From Candidatus Kapaibacterium sp. (GTDB taxonomy: Bacteria > Bacteroidota > Ignavibacteria > Kapaibacteriales > UBA2268): DNA of 64,000 nt. The stretch lies in NCBI GenBank assembly GCA_963665665.1, contig OY762428.1:3680001-3744000 (forward strand). Direction: 5' to 3'. The notes below the pieces were generated by a model. It did not search any database and was not told where the DNA came from. It saw only the letters and a program-made list of their open reading frames with translations. This document shows, piece after piece, positions 57,701 to 64,000 of this stretch. A program made the translations under genes and the position numbers. Position 1 is the first letter of the stretch; every line of letters starts with the position of its first letter.

Positions 57701-58939
57701 ATGAAAAAACCGCCTATTGATTTGAATACTCTTTACAGGCTGCCATGGACTTTGCCTGACAATGCGATATCATGGCTTGAGCCAACTGCTGCCTGCAACC
57801 TGCATTGCGACGGCTGTTACAGGAAAAATATAAAAGATTCTCACAAGTCCATGGACGAGGTAAAGCAAGAACTTGATGTTTTCCAGACTTACAGAAACAC
57901 AGACTGTATCTCCATTGCCGGGGGCGATCCCCTGCTTTATCCTGATATTATTGAACTTGTTGCTGAAATAAAAAGAAGGGGAATTAAGCCCATAGTTAAT
58001 ACTAACGGTATTGCCCTGACAAAAGAATTATTACACGACCTGAAGAAAGCCGGCGTTTTCGGATTTACTTTCCACGTGGACAGCAAGCAGGGCCGCAAAG
58101 GCGAATGGGCCGGCAAAAATGAACTTGAACTGAATGAACTGCGTTATTATTATGCAAAGATGCTGGCCGACGAAGGCGGTATCTCTTGTTCTTTCAATTC
58201 CACTGTTTACAGCGATACATTGCAATATGTCCCCAAAATGGCTGAATGGGCAAGAAATAATATTGATATTGTAAATACAATGGTATTTATAATGTATCGC
58301 TATATCGTTCCTGGGCTTCCTTTTGACTGGTATGTAAACGGTAAGCAGATAGACTGGAAAGATGTAATGTACAGCTCGGAAGAACCGAGGGATATCAGCG
58401 TTACTGCTCCTATAATGCTTGACCTGATCAGGAAAACAGAACCGGAGTTCAGCCCTGCGGCATACCTGAACGGAACAGGAAAATCAGATTCATACAAATG
58501 GCTTCTAACCGAAAGAATCGGTACAAAGGAAAGAACATTCGGCTATATGGGTAAAAAATTCATTGAACTTGTAATGTCCTGGAATCATTTTGTTAATGGT
58601 ACTTACCTGTCCTATGGATCGCCTGCAACTTTCGGAATGGGACGTTCAACATTGTTTTTCTTATGGCCTTTCGATAAAAAGCTGAGGAAATCAGTTGGCA
58701 AATATTTTAAATATCTATTGGCAAATCCATTCAGGATATTTAAAAAAGTACACATGCAATCTATACTTTTTATACAGCCTATTGATATTCTTGAAAATGG
58801 CCAACAGGTAATGTGCGACGGCTGTCCGGATATAACCGTTCACAAGGGCGAGCTTGTTTGGTCCTGCCGATTGGAAGAACCACTACAGCTCGGTGGTTTC
58901 CTGGTAACAATGCCGAAACAGGATAAAAATCAGAAATAG
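57701..58939 (+). CDS. Radical SAM protein of unknown substrate
   Basis: CNLHCDGC motif, 'AGGDPLLYP', 'NTNG'; extra C-terminal 'MCDGCPD...SC'. Confidence 0.92.
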   Translation: MKKPPIDLNTLYRLPWTLPDNAISWLEPTAACNLHCDGCYRKNIKDSHKSMDEVKQELDVFQTYRNTDCISIAGGDPLLYPDIIELVAEIKRRGIKPIVNTNGIALTKELLHDLKKAGVFGFTFHVDSKQGRKGEWAGKNELELNELRYYYAKMLADEGGISCSFNSTVYSDTLQYVPKMAEWARNNIDIVNTMVFIMYRYIVPGLPFDWYVNGKQIDWKDVMYSSEEPRDISVTAPIMLDLIRKTEPEFSPAAYLNGTGKSDSYKWLLTERIGTKERTFGYMGKKFIELVMSWNHFVNGTYLSYGSPATFGMGRSTLFFLWPFDKKLRKSVGKYFKYLLANPFRIFKKVHMQSILFIQPIDILENGQQVMCDGCPDITVHKGELVWSCRLEEPLQLGGFLVTMPKQDKNQK

Positions 58940-59092
58940 TAATAGGTCCGGATAATAAATGAATTTGAAATGGTTTGGGGAAGTATTAATCATGCTTCCC
59001 CTTATCGAATAAAATCGAAAAGAAAGATCCACAGAATATTCAAATATTTGTAAATTAATTGAATCATATTCGAAATAAAAACTGGAAATATT

Positions 59093-59887
59093 ATGAAACT
59101 GTCAGTTGTGCAATTTGCTCCCGTATTGTGGGATAAAAAAGTAAATACTCAAAAAATTATTGACTTTATTGACAAAATTGATTCTGATATTATAATCTTT
59201 CCTGAGTTGGCTACCACAGGATACTTCTTTGAATCAAAAGAGGAAACTGCCCCTCTTGCCGATGAGATGGGCCAGGGGGATATCGCTGTTTTTCAGCAGA
59301 TGGCAACAGATCAGGATAAAATCATCGTGGTTGGGTTTATTGAAAAAGCCGGAATAAAAATATTTAATTCTGCTGCACTGCTCTTTCCTGATTCAGATTT
59401 AAGTGCATGCTACAGGAAGACACATCTATTCTATAAAGAAAGGTTTTGCTTCGATGAGGGCGATACAGGATACTTTGTTGTCCGGGATGAGAATAGGGAT
59501 ATAAATATCGGTACCATGATCTGTTACGACTGGCGATTTCCCGAGGCTGCAAGATCGCTCGGTATTGCGGGGGCCGACCTGATTGTCTGCCCTTCAAATC
59601 TTGTTACCGATGTTTGGCACATTGCAATGCCTGCACGAGCGTTGGAGAATAAAGTTTACCTTGCTGTTGCGAACAGGTTCGGAACTGAAATCAGGAATGA
59701 GGAATCTCTTTTGTTTCTTGGCAGATCTGCAATTCATAAGTATAACGGGAGCTTAATGGAGCAGGCCCCGGCAGATAAAGAAACAGTAATAACAACTGAG
59801 ATAAGTCCCGCTGAAACAAGGAATAAATCCTTTAACGAATTTAACGATATATTCAAAGATCGCAGGCCGGAGCTATATATCAGGTAA
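59093..59887 (+). CDS. Carbon-nitrogen hydrolase (nitrilase/amidase family)
   Basis: Catalytic triad motifs 'FPELATTGY', 'YRKTHLF' and 'ICYDWRFPE'. Confidence 0.93.
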   Translation: MKLSVVQFAPVLWDKKVNTQKIIDFIDKIDSDIIIFPELATTGYFFESKEETAPLADEMGQGDIAVFQQMATDQDKIIVVGFIEKAGIKIFNSAALLFPDSDLSACYRKTHLFYKERFCFDEGDTGYFVVRDENRDINIGTMICYDWRFPEAARSLGIAGADLIVCPSNLVTDVWHIAMPARALENKVYLAVANRFGTEIRNEESLLFLGRSAIHKYNGSLMEQAPADKETVITTEISPAETRNKSFNEFNDIFKDRRPELYIR

Positions 59888-59993
59888 CTTGTAAATATTA
59901 ACTGACATCATATACCTTTTTTAATCATTGTTTTTTTCCTGCTACTATTTCCGGAAATACAGAATATTTGGTAAACAATATCATATATCTTTT

Positions 59994-60752
59994 TTACTTG
60001 TAATTAGCTGCTACCAGCTTATCAAACATTTTCTCGCTCAGTATCTGGTGGGTCAGGAATTTACCATCCAGGAAAAGGCTGAATATCGTGAAAGGAACAA
60101 CATGCTTCTGTGCCTGCTCCATTGTGTCTATCTTGATTATTTTCAAATTAAAATTTCTTTCATCACATACCCTTGCGAGTTCGGTTTTCACATAGTATTC
60201 GGTAAAAGGGCACGCATTGCTGTAATATGCAGTAAAACCATTTTTATTATCACATTCAGCATCTCTAACACTATCTCTGAATTTTGGTTCAGGAGCTTTG
60301 GAATTAAATTTTCTGCACCAGAGTTCGAAATATGGCGGAGCGCTGTCGCAAAGTTCAAATCCCATTTTTTCAAAGAATTTCTTATCAGAAAGGAAAGGCA
60401 TTTTCTTTTTGCCGGTAATTACTACGATCCCATTTTTTGATTTTGAATCATTCTCGCATAATTCATATAATTGCCTTCCATAACCGCTTTTCTTGTACTT
60501 GCCGGATACCCAAAAGCAATTTATCATAATATATCCCTTAGCATCAACAGGATTCCAGGCAAATTCAGCGGGACAATATTCCATAAAAACTTTACCCCTT
60601 GCATCAAGTTTCCTGAAAATATATCCCTCTTTGAATCTTTCACTAAGCCAATGTTTCTTTGCTGCGTATCCTTCCGAGCATTTTTTATCCGAAAAAGCGC
60701 AGCAGATGTGTTCATCAGCAATGTTATCTTTATTTAAAACTACAAAATCCAT
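59994..60752 (-). CDS. GNAT acetyltransferase with YoaP domain
   Basis: 'EHICCA', 'GKVFMEY.PAE.AW', 'INCFWVSG', 'CPFT', 'DGKFLTH'. Confidence 0.9.
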   Translation of the reverse strand: MDFVVLNKDNIADEHICCAFSDKKCSEGYAAKKHWLSERFKEGYIFRKLDARGKVFMEYCPAEFAWNPVDAKGYIMINCFWVSGKYKKSGYGRQLYELCENDSKSKNGIVVITGKKKMPFLSDKKFFEKMGFELCDSAPPYFELWCRKFNSKAPEPKFRDSVRDAECDNKNGFTAYYSNACPFTEYYVKTELARVCDERNFNLKIIKIDTMEQAQKHVVPFTIFSLFLDGKFLTHQILSEKMFDKLVAANYK

Positions 60753-60991
60753 GGAATTAAACGTTAATTATTAAACACAATTGATGGTAAATATAAGCAA
60801 TAATTATTACATCATTCCAAAAAGAATTTTATGGAAAGTGTTGACTTTTTTGTGTAAGAATTTGAAAATTGATTCTATACAAATCTTGATCGATATTTTT
60901 GGAAAAACTATTATCTTTGCAACTTAATTGCTAAATTTATAAAAAGGCTTTTATGCCATACTGTTTGTTCCATATAAGGCTATTATAAAAA

Positions 60992-63478
60992 ATGAAAGCA
61001 AAATCGAAAGCAAGTAAATCCGGGGATACAAAAGAAAAGAAGATTCCGTACTACCGCAAACCTGATGATATGAGCATTGATGAATGGCAGTCCGGCCTAA
61101 GGAAGCAATATGGGATACAGCAGGAATTTGAAATTGAAAATGTTGGTGACGGTCCCGTGTTTTCTGATTACAATGTTTACAATCCGGAAAGCGGAAAAAC
61201 ATATAAAGTTGCTATCAGATCGAAAGAAAAGGGGCTGAATTTTTGCTCCTGTCCCGATTTTAAAGTAAATAACCTTGGAACATGCAAGCATATTGAAAAT
61301 GTAATTTACCGAATAAAACAAAAGAAGAAAAACGTATCTCTTCTGGATCAGGGAAACATACAGTTTTATTCTTCTGTTAGCCTGAAATATGGAGCAGAAA
61401 GAAAAATTTATCTTCGAATAGGGGAGAACAATTATGATAAAATTAAAGATATTGCTTCAGAATTTTTTGACTCAGATAATTTTCTGAAACCAACTGCGTT
61501 TGCAAAATTTGAACTTTTCCTTGAAAAAGTGAATCGGTTAGATCCTGAATTTCGATGCTATCCTGATGCAATGGATTTTATTATTGATGTCAGAAATCAA
61601 TCAATGAGAAAATTCCTGATCACAGAAAAATTCAGTGATGGGATTGACAGCCCTGAATTTGATAATCTGATCAATGCCAAACTATACAGGTATCAAAAGG
61701 AAGGTGTTCTATTTGCCGCTAAAAACGGACGCTGCCTGATTGCTGATGATATGGGGCTTGGAAAAACAATTCAGGCTATTAGCGCCGTGGAGATTTTTAC
61801 AAAGGAATTCAACGTTGAAAAAGTGCTGATTATCTGCCCCACATCATTAAAATATCAGTGGAAAAGCGAAATTGAAAAATTCACAACAAGGGATGTTTTG
61901 CCAATAGAGGGCCCCGCGGATAAAAGAAAAATGCAGTACAAGGAAGAAGCCTTTTATAAAATAGTGAGCTACAACAGTGTTATTTATGACCTCGACTCGA
62001 TACTGTCTTATTCTCCTGATGTAGTAATTCTGGATGAAGCCCAAAGAATAAAGAATTGGAAGACAAAAACCGCCCAGGCTGTGAAAAGTATACAGTCGGA
62101 ATTCGCATTGGTTCTTACCGGCACTCCGTTAGAGAATAAACTGGAGGAATTACATTCTATTGTTGAGTTTATCGACCGCTATAAGCTCGGGGCATTGTTC
62201 AGGTTCTTAAGTAATCACCAGGTAAAAGAAGATACAGGCAAAGTTATTGGCTACAAGAATCTGAATGAAATATCAAGAACACTTGATAATGTATTAATAA
62301 GACGAAAAAAAACAGAAATTCTGAAAGAACTCCCCGAAAGAGTTGATAAAAACTATTTTGTTCCTGTTACCAAAGAACAGATGGATATTCATTCGGATTA
62401 TTCCTCTACTGTATCCAGATTGGTTAATAAATGGAGAGCAAGAGGTTTTCTGTCTGAACCAGAAAGAAGAAGGCTGATGCTGTCATTAAGCTGCATGAGG
62501 ATGGTTTCCGACAGTACTTATATTCTTGATCAGGAAACAAGATTCGATACTAAAATAAATGAATTAATGGCCCTCCTGATTGATGTTTTTGAAAGTGGAG
62601 AAGAAAAAGTAGTTATATTCAGCCAGTGGGAAAGAATGACAAGGCTGGTAGCAGCTGAGTTGAAAAAAATCGAAGTAGGGTATGAATACCTTCACGGCGG
62701 TGTGCCCAGTGCCAAAAGGAAAGACCTGCTCGAAAATTTTGCCAATGACAGAAGTAAGCGTGTATTTCTTTCTACTGATGCCGGCGGAGTCGGGCTGAAC
62801 CTTCAAAGCGCCAATATTGTTATAAACCTGGATATTCCATGGAATCCTGCTGTACTCGAACAAAGGATCGCGAGAGTATGGAGAATCGGCCAGGGCAGGC
62901 ACGTCAGGGTTGTTAATTTTGTTTCTACCGGAACGATCGAACACCGTATGCTAAATGTCCTGAATTTCAAACAATCTCTTTTTACCGGTGTTCTTGATAA
63001 TGGCGAGGATTCTGTTGTTCTTGATCAGAAAAAATTTGATAAGCTGATGGAAATAGTCGAAGATGTATCCGAAAAACCATACGACGATAGCCTGTCTGAT
63101 AATGATGATATATCAGACAATGAAGCTTACGGTGAGAAAAAAGAAAAGGAAAAAGCAAAAGATACAAGCCAAAAACCGGATAATAAAGAAAATGTTCAGA
63201 AACATGAAATCCCCGCTAAAGAAAAAGAAACAGCAAAAAAAGGTGCGACTCCGGATAATAATGTCGGGGATTTGATATCATCGGGAATTGATTTCCTTCA
63301 AAAATTCGGAAAGGTCCTCTCAGATAAGGAAAATACCAGAAAAATGGTCGATTCATTAGTTACTGAAGACAAAGAAACAGGTAAGAAGAGTATTAATATT
63401 CCAATAAATGATGATAAAACTGTCGATAAGGTTGTTGATGTTATTGATACTTTCCTGAATATGTTCAAAGGAAAATAA
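60992..63478 (+). CDS. SNF2-family helicase/ATPase with N-terminal SWIM zinc finger
   Basis: 'CSCPDF..NNLGTCKHI' (SWIM); 'IADDMGLGKT', 'ILDEAQRIKN', 'LTGTPLEN', 'STDAGGVGLNLQ', 'QRIARVWRIGQ'. Confidence 0.95.
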   Translation: MKAKSKASKSGDTKEKKIPYYRKPDDMSIDEWQSGLRKQYGIQQEFEIENVGDGPVFSDYNVYNPESGKTYKVAIRSKEKGLNFCSCPDFKVNNLGTCKHIENVIYRIKQKKKNVSLLDQGNIQFYSSVSLKYGAERKIYLRIGENNYDKIKDIASEFFDSDNFLKPTAFAKFELFLEKVNRLDPEFRCYPDAMDFIIDVRNQSMRKFLITEKFSDGIDSPEFDNLINAKLYRYQKEGVLFAAKNGRCLIADDMGLGKTIQAISAVEIFTKEFNVEKVLIICPTSLKYQWKSEIEKFTTRDVLPIEGPADKRKMQYKEEAFYKIVSYNSVIYDLDSILSYSPDVVILDEAQRIKNWKTKTAQAVKSIQSEFALVLTGTPLENKLEELHSIVEFIDRYKLGALFRFLSNHQVKEDTGKVIGYKNLNEISRTLDNVLIRRKKTEILKELPERVDKNYFVPVTKEQMDIHSDYSSTVSRLVNKWRARGFLSEPERRRLMLSLSCMRMVSDSTYILDQETRFDTKINELMALLIDVFESGEEKVVIFSQWERMTRLVAAELKKIEVGYEYLHGGVPSAKRKDLLENFANDRSKRVFLSTDAGGVGLNLQSANIVINLDIPWNPAVLEQRIARVWRIGQGRHVRVVNFVSTGTIEHRMLNVLNFKQSLFTGVLDNGEDSVVLDQKKFDKLMEIVEDVSEKPYDDSLSDNDDISDNEAYGEKKEKEKAKDTSQKPDNKENVQKHEIPAKEKETAKKGATPDNNVGDLISSGIDFLQKFGKVLSDKENTRKMVDSLVTEDKETGKKSINIPINDDKTVDKVVDVIDTFLNMFKGK

Positions 63479-63709
63479 TCAATATTTTGATTTTCAGGTT
63501 TGTCAGAAAAGAATATTTTATTGATTCATTAGCCGATTTTGAATGCAATTTACGGCAGTTGTTGCTTATTTACCTGATTTATAAGTTCCGGTAGTATATT
63601 TTTATCAGGTTGAAAAAAATATTAATTCTATAAATCTATGTATTACAATAATATATATAATATCTACATATCATATTAGAAAAAAAATCAAATTACTTTG
63701 TAACTTTTC

Positions 63710-63765
63710 AACTAAATGATGCGTTATATAACTAAACTATTAGTTAATAAACTAAAATTATAGTT
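63710..63765 (+). promoter_or_regulatory. Probable BlaI-type operator array, AACTA-N6-TAGTT at 20-bp spacing
   Basis: AACTAAATGATGCGTT (63710, degenerate), AACTAAACTATTAGTT (63730) and AACTAAAATTATAGTT (63750). Confidence 0.7.
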
Positions 63766-63776
63766 CCGGAGATATA

Positions 63777-64000
63777 ATGAAAGAGTTAACAAAGGCAGAA
63801 GAACAGGTAATGAAAATCCTGTGGAAGATCGGCAAAGGTTTTGTTAAAGATATTATCGCAAAATTCCCTGATCCAAAGCCCGCCTACAACACCGTTTCCA
63901 CCATAGTAAGGATACTTGAAAAGAAAGGTATTGTGTCCTACAAAGCTTATGGCAAGACCCATGAGTATTACCCGTTGATAAGCAGAAAGGAATATACCAA
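63777..64000 (+). CDS. BlaI/MecI/CopY family transcriptional repressor (3' truncated by the window end)
   Basis: Manual translation: MKELTKAEEQVMKILWKIGKGFVKDIIAKFPDPKPAYNTVSTIVRILEKKGIVSYKAYGKTHEYYPLISRKEYT...; GGAG SD site. Confidence 0.93.
   Translation, partial: MKELTKAEEQVMKILWKIGKGFVKDIIAKFPDPKPAYNTVSTIVRILEKKGIVSYKAYGKTHEYYPLISRKEYT

Overview
AT-rich bacterial chromosomal segment with about 50 CDS. Two proteins carry T9SS-type C-terminal sorting domains, grpE-dnaJ lack an adjacent dnaK, and many genes have GGAG Shine-Dalgarno sites. This suggests an FCB-group organism of the Kapabacteria/Ignavibacteria type (inference). Housekeeping genes include ppk1, purN, fbaB, glmM, ribB (with an FMN riboswitch), hsp20, grpE, dnaJ, rlpA and two PPIases. 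They are interspersed with secreted proteins, lipoproteins, glycosyltransferases, a VTC/DUF4956/DUF2490 operon, a TetR plus radical SAM pair, a SWIM-SNF2 helicase and a frameshifted ParE-type toxin. No rRNA, tRNA, CRISPR array or intact transposase was seen. The most notable unexplained signals are: (1) a candidate ~60-nt sigma54-driven sRNA with a C-rich segment at ~13588-13650; (2) sigma54-like promoters at rlpA and hsp20, the latter with four phased CTG(A/T/C)CA boxes; (3) two 13-unit 21-bp GTTCC-core tandem arrays that share a right flank; (4) intergenic mosaics of several REP/MITE-like palindrome families with no mobiliser in view; (5) a membrane-anchored protein made of 23-aa beta repeats, paired with an OmpA-like protein. 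All calls come from reading the sequence; no database searches were run.
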